From Nitrobacter sp. (GTDB lineage Bacteria > Pseudomonadota > Alphaproteobacteria > Rhizobiales > Xanthobacteraceae), in assembly GCF_047149785.1 (NCBI RefSeq), contig NZ_BAAGBE010000001.1, positions 375,464-439,463 on the forward strand: 64,000 nt of DNA, read 5' to 3'. A program made the translations under genes and the position numbers. Position 1 is the first letter of the stretch. Every line of letters begins with the position of its first letter. A model generated the notes under the pieces. The model saw only the letters and a list, made by a program, of their open reading frames with translations. It had not been told where the DNA came from and made no database searches. This document shows positions 55,540 through 64,000 of this stretch, piece by piece.

Positions 55540-57204
55540 ATGCAAAACCTGCTTCGGCGCTTTGTCTCGGATACGCGCGGCAATTTCGCGACCCTGGGGG
55601 CCGCGTGCATGGTGCTGGTGATCGGCTGCGCCGCGCTCGGCGTCGACGTCGGTTCGATCTATGCCGACCGCCGCAAGTCGCAGAGCGCGGCGGACCTTGC
55701 GGCCATCGTCGCCGCCGGCAACCTCGGCAAGGCCGAGAGCGCGGCCGCCGCCACCGTGACAGCCAACGGCTATCCGGCGAGCGCACTGGTGTCGGTCGAA
55801 CTCGGCAGCTACACGCCGGATGCCGCGCTAGCGCCGCAGGCGCGCTTCGTCACGCCCGCGACCGGGGTCGCCAATGCGGCGCGGGTGACGCTGCGCACCG
55901 AAACTCCGCTCTATTTCGCGCGCATGTTTACCGGAGGACGCAGCCACTTCGACATCACGACCAGAGCGACGGCTGCGAGCACCGCGCTCGCCTCGTTCGC
56001 GATCGGCTCGCGTCTGCTCGCGCTCAACGGCGGCCTGCTCAATGCGATGCTCGGTCCCATGTTGGGGACGACGCTGTCGCTGTCGGCGATGGACTATCAG
56101 GCGTTGATCGACGCCCACATCGATGCCTTCGATTTCTTGAACGCGCTGGCGACGCGGCTCGACCTGACAGGCGGCACCTACGACTCGGTGCTGTCGGGCG
56201 ACGTGAAGGTCGCCGACATCGTTGCGGCCATGTTGAGCGCGCAGCAGGCGGCGAACGGCTTGAACGCCGCGACGACGGCGCTGTCGAACATCTCGCTGGC
56301 GCTCGCCGGGCTGACCACCACGATCGTGCCGGGGAAGCTGATCGACGTCGGCCCCTATTCGGCGATGACGGTCGGCTCGAAACCGAAAACCGGCGTCAGC
56401 GCGTCGCTGTTCGACCTGCTGTCGGCGACGGGCGCGATCGCCAACGGCGCCAACCAGATCGCGGCTTCGGTCGATTTCGGCCTGCCCGGCATCGCCGCCG
56501 TCTCGGTCGTGGCGACGATCGGCGAGCATCCGCAAGGCAGAAGCTGGATGACGGTGGGGACCGAAGGCGCAAGCGTTCATACCGCGCAGACGCGGGTCCT
56601 GGTGACGATCAGGCTGCTCGGCAGCGGCGCGGTGTCGGCCGTCAATTTGCCGGTCTATGTCGAGATCGCGTCCGGGACCGCAACGCTCGATAACGTGAGT
56701 TGCGGACGTCCGGATGTCACGGCTTCCAGCGTCGTCCTCGGCGTCACCCCCGGCGTCGTCGATGCCTGGATCGGCAACGTCTCAATGGCTGACATGACCA
56801 ACTTCACCAGCAAGCCCGATCCGGGCGCGGCGACGCTGGTCAATCTCGGCGCGGTCACCGTGACCGGCCGCGCCCATGCCGGCATGGGAAACACCACGCC
56901 GACACCGGTGACCTTCAGTTATGCCGACATCGCCGCGCAGACCAAGAAGACCGTGACGACCACGGATTTCACCTCGTCGCTGACCGCGAGCCTGCTCGGC
57001 GATCTCTCGCTCAAGGTCAATGTCGGGCCGCTGGGCCTGCCGGTCCCCGGCCTCGGGCCGGCCGTGACGGGAATCATCGGCGGCGCCACAGCGTCGATCG
57101 ATCAGGTGCTGGCGCAGGTTCTGGCGACGCTCGGCGTCGGCATCGGGCAGGCGGATGTGTGGGTCTCAGGCATCCGCTGCGACGGCGCGGTGCTGGTGAA
57201 TTGA
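55540..57204 (+). CDS. TadG-like membrane-anchored protein
   Basis: In-frame ATG at 55540 after gaggag. N-terminus 'DTRGNFATLGAACMVLVIGCAALGVDVGSIYADRRKSQSAADLAA' (TadE/G-like PF13400 pattern). The remainder is Ala/Gly/Thr/Val-rich with no motif I recognise. Confidence 0.7.
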   Translation: MQNLLRRFVSDTRGNFATLGAACMVLVIGCAALGVDVGSIYADRRKSQSAADLAAIVAAGNLGKAESAAAATVTANGYPASALVSVELGSYTPDAALAPQARFVTPATGVANAARVTLRTETPLYFARMFTGGRSHFDITTRATAASTALASFAIGSRLLALNGGLLNAMLGPMLGTTLSLSAMDYQALIDAHIDAFDFLNALATRLDLTGGTYDSVLSGDVKVADIVAAMLSAQQAANGLNAATTALSNISLALAGLTTTIVPGKLIDVGPYSAMTVGSKPKTGVSASLFDLLSATGAIANGANQIAASVDFGLPGIAAVSVVATIGEHPQGRSWMTVGTEGASVHTAQTRVLVTIRLLGSGAVSAVNLPVYVEIASGTATLDNVSCGRPDVTASSVVLGVTPGVVDAWIGNVSMADMTNFTSKPDPGAATLVNLGAVTVTGRAHAGMGNTTPTPVTFSYADIAAQTKKTVTTTDFTSSLTASLLGDLSLKVNVGPLGLPVPGLGPAVTGIIGGATASIDQVLAQVLATLGVGIGQADVWVSGIRCDGAVLVN

Positions 57205-57225
57205 AATCGGTGGGAATGCTGTCAT

Positions 57226-57344
57226 CGTCATGCCCGGCCTTGTGCCGGGCAGCCACGTCTTGAGGGTGATCAGCAAGGAGCTGGCCGGGACATAGGCGAG
57301 CGGAAGCGACGCCGTTCTTCGAACGGCTGGGCCCGGCCATGACG
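57226..57344. repeat. Family A composite repeat carrying one 'gccgttcttcgaacggc' module
   Basis: cgtcatgcccggccttgtgccgggcagccacgtctt...ggccgggacataggcgagcggaagcgacgccgttcttcgaacggctgggcccggccatgacg. Confidence 0.85.
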
Positions 57345-57400
57345 TATTGAGGCTTCTGCCTTGCCCGCCCGCGCTTCGGCTGCTAACCCCTGCGCTGTTC

Positions 57401-57432
57401 GTTGACAATTTACACAGGTGCTAATTGTCAAC
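57401..57432. promoter_or_regulatory. Perfect 10-bp inverted repeat in the hisS leader
   Basis: gttgacaatt-N12-aattgtcaac ends 19 nt before the hisS ATG. Each arm contains a TTGACA hexamer. Confidence 0.45.
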
Positions 57433-57450
57433 AATCGCCGGTGTGAAGTC

Positions 57451-58959
57451 ATGTCCGACAAGAAACCGAAAAAGCCGCAGAAACTTCGCGCCCGCCTGCC
57501 GCGCGGGCTGGAGGATCGCGGCCCCGCCGCGATTGCCGCCACCCGCGCGATGACCGACAAGATCCGCGCGGTCTATGAGCGCTACGGCTTCGAGCCGGTG
57601 GAAACACCCGCGATGGAATACACCGATGCGCTCGGCAAATTCCTGCCCGATCAGGACCGGCCGAACGAGGGCGTGTTCTCCTTCCAGGACGACGACGAGC
57701 AGTGGATCAGCTTGCGCTACGATCTCACCGCGCCGCTCGCGCGTTACGTCGCGGAGAATTTCCAGAATCTCGCGCTGCCCTATCGCAGCTATCGCGCGGG
57801 CTACGTGTTCCGCAACGAGAAGCCCGGACCGGGACGCTTCCGCCAGTTCATGCAGTTCGACGCCGATACGGTCGGCAGCGCGTCGCCCGCCGCCGACGCC
57901 GAGATGTGCATGATGGCCGCCGACACCATGGAGGCGCTCGGCATCCCGCGCGGGCAGTATGTGGTGAAGGTGAACAACCGCAAGGTGCTCGACGGCACTC
58001 TTGAAGGCTTAAGCCTTGGCGGTGATGAACACGCACAAACGCGCCTTACAATTTTGCGCGCGATCGACAAGCTCGATAAATTTACCGAATTGGACGTTCA
58101 TCTGCTGTTGACTATTGGTCGCAAGGACCCGTCGGGTGATTTCACTAAGGGCGCTGGTTTAATAGACGAGCAGGCGGAAAAAATCTTGAGCCGCCTGCGA
58201 CGTAATAGCGACACGAACGAGCAGACGCTGGATAGTATTCGCGGGTCGGCGGACGAGACAGCAACCCACCAAACCGGTGTTCAAGAATTGGAAGAAATTG
58301 CAAAACTTCTGTACTCGGCGGGGTACAAGGAAGACCGCATCCGCATCGATCCCTCCGTCGTGCGTGGCCTCGAATACTACACCGGCCCGGTCTACGAAGT
58401 TGAGCTTCTGCTCGAGACCAAAGACGAGAAGGGCCGCCCGGTGCGGTTCGGCTCGGTCGGCGGTGGCGGGCGCTATGACGGCCTCGTCTCGCGCTTCCGC
58501 GGCGAGCCGGTGCCTGCAACAGGCTTCTCCATCGGCGTGTCGCGGCTGCAGGCTGCGCTCACGATGCTCGGCAAGCTGGACACCAGGCCGCAAGCAGGGC
58601 CGGTAGTCGTCACCGTGTTCGGCGGCGACATCGCGGGCTACCAGAAAATGGTGTCGGACCTGCGCAATGCGGGAATCCGCGCCGAGCTGTATCTCGGCAA
58701 TCCCAAACATTCGCTCGGCCAGCAGATGAAATACGCCGACAAGCGCCATTCGCCGTGCGCGATCATTCAGGGCAGCGACGAAAAGGCCAACGGCAAGGTC
58801 CAGATCAAGGACCTGATCGCGGGCGCCGGGCTGACCTCGATCGAGGATCGCACCGAGTATCTGAAGAAGCAGGCCGAGGCGCAGATCGAGGTCGGCGAAA
58901 GCGATCTCGTCGCGGAGGTGCGCAAGATTCTTGATAAGCACGATGTGAAGTGGGGGTGA
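57451..58959 (+). CDS. hisS: Histidine-tRNA ligase HisS
   Basis: In-frame ATG at 57451 ([19 protein letters not shown]...). Class II motifs '[24 protein letters not shown]' and '[10 protein letters not shown]', plus an anticodon-binding C-terminal domain. Confidence 0.95.
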   Translation: MSDKKPKKPQKLRARLPRGLEDRGPAAIAATRAMTDKIRAVYERYGFEPVETPAMEYTDALGKFLPDQDRPNEGVFSFQDDDEQWISLRYDLTAPLARYVAENFQNLALPYRSYRAGYVFRNEKPGPGRFRQFMQFDADTVGSASPAADAEMCMMAADTMEALGIPRGQYVVKVNNRKVLDGTLEGLSLGGDEHAQTRLTILRAIDKLDKFTELDVHLLLTIGRKDPSGDFTKGAGLIDEQAEKILSRLRRNSDTNEQTLDSIRGSADETATHQTGVQELEEIAKLLYSAGYKEDRIRIDPSVVRGLEYYTGPVYEVELLLETKDEKGRPVRFGSVGGGGRYDGLVSRFRGEPVPATGFSIGVSRLQAALTMLGKLDTRPQAGPVVVTVFGGDIAGYQKMVSDLRNAGIRAELYLGNPKHSLGQQMKYADKRHSPCAIIQGSDEKANGKVQIKDLIAGAGLTSIEDRTEYLKKQAEAQIEVGESDLVAEVRKILDKHDVKWG

Positions 58960-59151
58960 TCGTGCCGGGCGTCCACCTTGCTGGATGTGAAGACCTGACA
59001 GAGAAAGACGTGGATGGCCGGGGTCCCATAGGCGAGCGAAGCGACGCCGTTCTTCGAACGGCTATAGGCGAGCGAAGCGACGCCGTTCTTCGAACGGCTA
59101 TAGGCGAGCGAAGCGACGCCGTTCTTCGAACGGCTATGCCCGGCCATGACG
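58958..59151. repeat. Family A composite repeat with an expanded internal module
   Basis: A degenerate left arm is followed by aagacgtggatggccgggg, three identical 36-bp modules, and atgcccggccatgacg. Confidence 0.8.
59028..59135. repeat. Perfect 3 x 36 bp tandem repeat
   Basis: ataggcgagcgaagcgacgccgttcttcgaacggct is repeated three times without a single mismatch (59028-59063, 59064-59099, 59100-59135). Each unit contains the hairpin gccgttc/gaacggc. Confidence 0.95.
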
Positions 59152-59215
59152 TCGGAAGGTCGAGCAAAAGCCAGGGACCGTTCCCCCGCAAGGCGAGAGG
59201 AAGGGCGCGCGTGCG

Positions 59216-59746
59216 CTACTTCGGCGCCATCGACTTGAATTTTTCGAGGTCGCGCATGTTCATCTTGAAGCCGCCGGGCATGACGACATCGCCGGGCCTC
59301 TGACCTTCCTTGCAGGGGCCGGTCCATGTCGCCGCCATGGTGATCTTGCTGTCGCGGGTTCCGAACCTGCCGCCCTCGCTGCGCGAGGTGACGTTCACCG
59401 TATAGGCGGAGTTGAAATCGCCCGAGGTTTCGGCATGCGACGTCACGGTCGCGCCGGCCATGGTGCAGACCGAATCCATGACGTACCCGGTTGCCGTTTT
59501 CCGGACGTCGGTCTTCGAGCAGTTCTGCCTGGCGGAAGGGGCGAATTCCGAGGTGAACTCGCGGTCCACGGCTTCGCTGGTGCATTGCTGGATCGTCACG
59601 GCCGGCATCTTGGCGCCGTCGTGGTCGACCTTGATGTCCCATAGCCCGGCCTTGCGCAGCGGCAATTGCACGTCCGCCGATGCCGGCGCCGCGCAGAAAA
59701 GCAGCAGCGGCAGCAAGGAAATCGAGAATCGAAGAGACCGTCGCAT
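59216..59746 (-). CDS. DUF3617-like secreted protein/lipoprotein
   Basis: In-frame ATG at 59746 (MRRSLRFSISLLPLLLFCAAPASA signal peptide). 'AGLWDIKV...QQC...NCSK' fits the pattern I associate with DUF3617. Confidence 0.65.
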   Translation of the reverse strand: MRRSLRFSISLLPLLLFCAAPASADVQLPLRKAGLWDIKVDHDGAKMPAVTIQQCTSEAVDREFTSEFAPSARQNCSKTDVRKTATGYVMDSVCTMAGATVTSHAETSGDFNSAYTVNVTSRSEGGRFGTRDSKITMAATWTGPCKEGQRPGDVVMPGGFKMNMRDLEKFKSMAPK

Positions 59747-59798
59747 CGCAGACTCCGTCAAAAGATCGGGGCTCGCAAACATAGGATCGGAGACCGGC

Positions 59799-60101
59799 TC
59801 AGTAACGGGTCCGCAGCGGAGGCTGGTCGGGGCCATAGGGCACCCAGCGGCAGGCGAACGAGATGTAGCCGCCCGGATAGGCCTGGACGCCGAGGAACTT
59901 CGCCACCTTGCCGTAGCGCGCGCAGTGATCGAGCGCGATCACGCGGACGTCGGCGGTCCCGGCCAGCGAATAGGAGATGATCCCGCCGGTGTCGTTACCC
60001 TTGACCGGCGGTACCCAGTCGGCCCGTGCCGGTCCGCAAACCAGCGCGCCTGTCATCGCCGTCAGCAAAGCCGCTCCGATCAATCGCATCGTGGTCTCCA
60101 T
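59799..60101 (-). CDS. Small secreted protein of unknown function
   Basis: 100-aa ORF with signal peptide MRLIGAALLTAMTGALVCGPARA. The mature part has two Cys. Confidence 0.55.
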   Translation of the reverse strand: METTMRLIGAALLTAMTGALVCGPARADWVPPVKGNDTGGIISYSLAGTADVRVIALDHCARYGKVAKFLGVQAYPGGYISFACRWVPYGPDQPPLRTRY

Positions 60102-60246
60102 CGTTGCCGGTCAACTCTAGAACGCCGCGCGGCCCATGAAAAGAACGACAGGCCGGCGATATGGAGTTAGGCGGCGGGTGTGGCCGCACAGCACTTGACC
60201 TTGCGCGGGCTTCGCGGCACCGTCTCGAGCCTCGGATCACCTGCGG

Positions 60247-60711
60247 ATGCTCCCCATGCGCAACCTTATCACATCATTGACGAAAGCCGGCCTCGGCGTG
60301 GCACTTGGCGCAGCGTTGGGACTGTTTGGCGGCCTGCCGGTCGCGCAGGCGGTCAATTTCCCTGTGTTCGGGCCGGGCTACGAGGGACGGGTGGCGAGTT
60401 GCGAGGCCGCGCTGCCGATCATCACATCGGAGTTCTGGGAGAAGGAAAGCACCTTCTGGAATTCTCCGCTGCGAATCACGGCCTATGGCGGCGTCCACGA
60501 AACCGCGTTCCGGCCTCGGCAGTCCGACAATATCCCGCGCCGCTACTGCGCCGCCGATGCGATGGTCAGCGACGGCAGGATCCGCACCGTGTATTATTCG
60601 ATCATCGAGGATGGCGGATTTGCCGGCATCGGGCAGGGCGTCGAGTGGTGCGTGGTCGGCCTCGACCGCAACTGGGCCTACAACCCGGGTTGCCGCGCGG
60701 CGCAGCCTTAG
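60247..60711 (+). CDS. Secreted Cys-containing protein of unknown function
   Basis: 154-aa ORF with signal peptide LGVALGAALGLFGGLPVAQA. The mature part has four Cys. Confidence 0.6.
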   Translation: MLPMRNLITSLTKAGLGVALGAALGLFGGLPVAQAVNFPVFGPGYEGRVASCEAALPIITSEFWEKESTFWNSPLRITAYGGVHETAFRPRQSDNIPRRYCAADAMVSDGRIRTVYYSIIEDGGFAGIGQGVEWCVVGLDRNWAYNPGCRAAQP

Positions 60712-60715
60712 AGGC

Positions 60716-60812
60716 ATTCCGGCCTTGATGGAATCAAGGCCGGGCTCCAGCTTTTTGTTTTGACGCGTTTTCTTTACGCGAACCGGCATCCGCTTCGCTC
60801 GAAGACGCTATG
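60716..60812 (-). repeat. Family B interspersed repeat (inverted orientation)
   Basis: The reverse complement reads agcgtcttcgagcgaagcggatgccggttcgcgtaaagaaaacgcgtcaaaacaa, followed by the hairpin ccggccttgat-tcc-atcaaggccgg (60719..60743). Confidence 0.8.
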
Positions 60813-60897
60813 GAGTTTTCCCGGCCGCTTCGGTCCGCTATGGTGGGCCGATATCTGTGTTGGCCGGACTCTCCGGCCGGGCTGGGGGTTGGACGTC

Positions 60898-61590
60898 ATG
60901 AACTCGGTGTCTCGCGCGGCGGCCGCGGCTGTTCTGTCGTGGCTGATCCCGCTGACGGGGTGGACGGGCGACGCGACGGCGCAGGACAGTCGCCAGAACG
61001 CGCCGGGTGCGTTCGACTTCTATGTGTTGTCGCTGTCGTGGTCGCCGTCGTTCTGTGCGGCTGCGGCCGAGCGCGGCAACACCAGTCGGTCGCAGCAGAG
61101 CCAATGTGGCGGGCGGCCGTACTCTTTCGTTGTGCACGGCCTCTGGCCGCAATACGAGCACGGCTTCCCCGATTATTGCCAGCGTCCTGCACCGCGGCTC
61201 GATCGTCGTATCATGAGTTCGATGCTGGATCTGATGCCTGCCCCCGGCCTGATCTACAGCGAGTGGGACAAGCACGGCACCTGCTCGGGCCTCGGTGCGC
61301 AGGCCTATTTCGAGACCGTCCGCAAAGCCCGCGCCGCCGTGAAGATTCCCGCGGAGTTCCTCCATCTCGCCGCGCCGAAGAGCATTGCTCCCGACGATAT
61401 CGAGAACGCTTTCATCAAGGACAATCCCGGACTCAGTCATTCGGCGATCGCGGTGATCTGCGACCGGACCCGGCTCAGCGAGGTGCGGATCTGCATGAAC
61501 AAGGATCTGCAGTTCCGCGCTTGCGAGGAAATCGACCGCCGTGCCTGCCGCAAGGACCAGGTCGTGCTGCCGCCGATGCGCGGAGGATAA
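60898..61590 (+). CDS. Ribonuclease T2 family protein, secreted
   Basis: In-frame ATG at 60898 (signal peptide ...LIPLTGWTGDATAQ). CAS I 'FVVHGLWPQ' and CAS II 'SEWDKHGTCSG' active-site blocks. Confidence 0.88.
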   Translation: MNSVSRAAAAAVLSWLIPLTGWTGDATAQDSRQNAPGAFDFYVLSLSWSPSFCAAAAERGNTSRSQQSQCGGRPYSFVVHGLWPQYEHGFPDYCQRPAPRLDRRIMSSMLDLMPAPGLIYSEWDKHGTCSGLGAQAYFETVRKARAAVKIPAEFLHLAAPKSIAPDDIENAFIKDNPGLSHSAIAVICDRTRLSEVRICMNKDLQFRACEEIDRRACRKDQVVLPPMRGG

Positions 61591-61636
61591 TATTTCGCTC
61601 GCTTGGACGCGTGTTGCATCGCCGCCGGCAATATGA

Positions 61637-61747
61637 CGTCATTGCCGGGCATGGCCGTTCGAAGAACGGCGTCGCTTCCGCTTGCCTGTGCCGGCAATCC
61701 ATCTTCTTTTCGAGAGAGGGATTGCCGGATCAGGTCCGGGCATGACG
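61637..61747. repeat. Family A composite repeat (module in inverted orientation)
   Basis: cgtcattgccgggcatggccgttcgaagaacggcgtcgcttccgcttgcc...gattgccggatcaggtccgggcatgacg. It ends 37 bp before the rlmJ start. Confidence 0.8.
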
Positions 61748-61783
61748 GGATTGATTCGACCAGCACCAAAGAATCCATCGCCC

Positions 61784-62638
61784 ATGAACTACCGCCACGC
61801 CTTCCATGCCGGAAACTTCGCCGACGTCGTCAAGCATATCGTGCTGGTCCGCATCCTGACCTATCTGCACGGGAAGCCGGCGGCGTTCCGCGTCATCGAC
61901 ACCCATGCCGGCGCCGGCGTTTACGACCTCTCCGGTGCTGAAGCGGCGCGCGGCGGCGAGTGGCTGACCGGAATCGCGCGGCTGATGCAGGCTCGGTTTT
62001 CGGACGCCGCCGGTCCGTTGGTCGCGCCCTATCTCGATATCGTCAGGGCCTTCAATCCGCAGCGCGGCCTGCGATCCTATCCGGGGTCGCCGCTGATCGC
62101 GCGCGCGTTGCTGCGGCCGCAGGATCGTCTGGTGGCTTGCGAACTCGAACCCGTCGCCCGCAAGCATCTGATCGCAGCGCTGCGCCGCGACACCCAGGCC
62201 AACGTGGTCGATCTCGACGGCTGGATGGCGCTCTCCGCTTTCGTGCCGCCAAAGGAGCGGCGCGGGCTGGTGCTGATCGATCCGCCGTTCGAGCAAAAGG
62301 ATGAGTTCGAACGGCTCGCTTCCGGATTCGCGGGCGCCTTCGCGAAATGGCCGACCGGCTGTTACCTGATGTGGTACCCGGCGAAAAGACGCCGGCCCGC
62401 GGACGATCTTGCCCACAGGGTCGGCGTCGCGGCCGGTGGCGACGCGGACAAATGCTTGCGATTGGAATTCAGCGTCGCGCCGCAGACCCCGGACGGGCCG
62501 CTCACCTCGGCCGGGCTCCTGATCGTCAATCCGCCATGGACGTTGAGATCCGAGCTCAAGGCCATCCTGCCCGAACTGGAGAAGCCGCTGGGGCAGGGCG
62601 GTGCCGCGCGGTTCAGGCTGGAGGCGGCCTGGGGTTGA
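61784..62638 (+). CDS. rlmJ: 23S rRNA (adenine2030-N6)-methyltransferase RlmJ
   Basis: In-frame ATG at 61784 (MNYRHAFHAGNFADVVKH...). 'YPGSPLIA' and 'LIDPPFE'. Confidence 0.9.
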   Translation: MNYRHAFHAGNFADVVKHIVLVRILTYLHGKPAAFRVIDTHAGAGVYDLSGAEAARGGEWLTGIARLMQARFSDAAGPLVAPYLDIVRAFNPQRGLRSYPGSPLIARALLRPQDRLVACELEPVARKHLIAALRRDTQANVVDLDGWMALSAFVPPKERRGLVLIDPPFEQKDEFERLASGFAGAFAKWPTGCYLMWYPAKRRRPADDLAHRVGVAAGGDADKCLRLEFSVAPQTPDGPLTSAGLLIVNPPWTLRSELKAILPELEKPLGQGGAARFRLEAAWG

Positions 62639-62894
62639 GCAGATCGCAGGCTTCAATTTCCTCGTAGTCAGTTCGCCAGGAACCGTATTAAGCTGCCGCC
62701 ACTGCGGCTTGGCTATACGTTCCGCGTTCGTCGATGGAGACGGCCGGGTGACGATGCCTCGGATGTATGCCCGGTCGAAACAGGTTGACGGCTGGCGATG
62801 ATCGCGACGGCGGCATCGTCCGGAGTGAATGTCAGGTCTCGTCGATGCGCGGGGGCGCGGCGGCGAATGCAATGCGGCGAGAGGAGTTTTGCCG

Positions 62895-63110
62895 ATGGCC
62901 ATGACTGGAACGGTCAAGTTCTTCAACGGGGAGCGCGGCTACGGCTTTATCAAGCCCGACGATGGCGGCCGCGACGTCTTCGTTCATATCACGGCTGTGG
63001 AACAGGCCGGATTGAAGGAGTTGTCCGAAGGACAACGCGTCACATTCGAGATCGAGCCGGACAAGAAGGGCAAGGGCCCCAAGGCGGTCAATCTCGTGAT
63101 GTCGTCCTGA
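62895..63110 (+). CDS. cspA: Cold-shock protein (CspA family)
   Basis: In-frame ATG at 62895 after gaggag. 'GTVKFFNGERGYGFIKPDDGGRDVFVHITAV' contains the RNP1 and RNP2 motifs. It is preceded by a ~250-nt leader. Confidence 0.93.
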   Translation: MAMTGTVKFFNGERGYGFIKPDDGGRDVFVHITAVEQAGLKELSEGQRVTFEIEPDKKGKGPKAVNLVMSS

Positions 63111-63244
63111 CCGGAGCCCGCGCCGCGCGGCGTTCGTTCTGCGAGGCGCGTGAACCGTGGCGTTTTCCGTCACGCAAAAAATCCCGGCCGTGGGGGCCCG
63201 GAGTTTGAAGCGGCTTATGTCTGATTGAACGCGCCGCCCGCGTC

Positions 63245-63334
63245 CGTCATGCCCGCACTTGTTGCGGACATCCACGCCTTTGCGTCCGGCTCTACAGGAA
63301 AGACGTGATTGCCGGGACAAGCCAGGCCATGACG
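63245..63334. repeat. Family A composite palindromic repeat
   Basis: cgtcatgcccgcacttgttgcggacatccacgcctt...aagacgtgattgccgggacaagccaggccatgacg. Confidence 0.8.
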
Positions 63335-63372
63335 AATCGGTTCGTTCCGTCAAACGCAAATCGCGAAACGCG

Positions 63373-63993
63373 TCAGAAATGATAGTTCACGCCCGCGCGG
63401 ACCAGTCCGAACTGATAGCTGTTGGGAGCGCCGGTGATCGAGAAGTTGCTGCTCGACAGGTCGACGTAGAGATATTCAACCTTCGCGGTCCAGTTCTGGT
63501 AGATGCCGAATTCGGCGCCGACGCCCAGCGTCCAGCCCGCATTGGCGTGGGATTCCGACAGGCCGAAGGTTTCGGCGCGCAGTTCGCCGAAGGCGAGACC
63601 GCCGGTGCCATAGACCAGGACGTTGTTGAAGGCGTAGCCGAGGCGGCCGCGCGCCGTGCCGAACCAGGGATTGGAGAATTTCCACGGCGCAAAGGTATCG
63701 TCGGCGCCGCTCGCCTCGAGGTCGCCTTCGAGGCCGAACACCAGCGGCCCGCTCTGCCAGTTGTAGCCGGCCTGGACGCCGCCGAATACGCCGTCCGGCT
63801 TCGTGGCGCTGTTCTGGACGCTGCCCCAGGCATAACCGAGGTTGCCGCCGAGATAGGGACCCGCCCAGCTAAAGGCATTGAGCGGTTGATTGACCGTGTA
63901 GGGCGAGCGGTAAGAGAAATCCGCGGCCTGCGCGGTGCCGATCAGCGCCGTCGACGCCACGGCTGCCAATGCTGCGATCGTTATTCTGCTCAT
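63373..63993 (-). CDS. Small outer-membrane beta-barrel protein (Omp25/RopB/OmpW-like porin family)
   Basis: 206-aa ORF with signal peptide MSRITIAALAAVASTALIGTAQA, alternating aromatic/Gly beta-strand pattern, and a C-terminal 'GVNYHF'. Confidence 0.85.
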   Translation of the reverse strand: MSRITIAALAAVASTALIGTAQAADFSYRSPYTVNQPLNAFSWAGPYLGGNLGYAWGSVQNSATKPDGVFGGVQAGYNWQSGPLVFGLEGDLEASGADDTFAPWKFSNPWFGTARGRLGYAFNNVLVYGTGGLAFGELRAETFGLSESHANAGWTLGVGAEFGIYQNWTAKVEYLYVDLSSSNFSITGAPNSYQFGLVRAGVNYHF

Positions 63994-64000
63994 CTCGACT

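Noticed and set aside
59028-59135. Possible CRISPR array (36-bp repeats)
   Set aside because: The three units are directly abutting with no spacers. No cas genes are present, and the unit is a module of the family A interspersed repeat.

Overview
This is a high-GC, gene-dense chromosomal segment. Gene content, synteny and repeat content suggest a Bradyrhizobiaceae/Nitrobacteraceae-type alphaproteobacterium; that placement is inference, supported by one protein that closely resembles Rhodopseudomonas palustris RPA1163. I could support about 60 CDS, almost all core housekeeping genes: glcDEF glycolate oxidase, groES-groEL with a CIRCE operator, hisZ-hisG, rsmE, ubiA, pmbA, a waaA-lpxK lipid A block, xseA, purD, tadA, rluB, rsmD, mutL, arfB, two M16 peptidases, lspA, ileS, ribF, hisS, rlmJ and cspA. 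There are also envelope/secreted proteins of unknown function, an orphan CheZ-like phosphatase, an orphan CheY-like receiver, an EAL protein and a TadE/TadG pair. I found no rRNA, tRNA, CRISPR array, transposase, integrase, prophage or recognisable defence island, and no convincing novel multi-gene system. The window reads as core genome. The unusual signals are structural. (1) At least four families of short GC-rich palindromic interspersed repeats fill most intergenic spacers. They include a nested copy, a perfect 3 x 36 bp tandem expansion, a copy inside the groES-groEL spacer, and a repeat-like palindrome lying in frame inside ileS. (2) About 330 bp inside hisS has sharply relaxed codon usage. 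(3) A HisG with a long-form-like C-terminal domain is translationally coupled to HisZ. (4) A coupled polyprenyl-phosphate glycosyltransferase and YdjC-type deacetylase pair is present. (5) There is a fluoroacetate-dehalogenase-like hydrolase with the full signature residue set. All start codons are predictions, and all family names come from motif recognition by eye.
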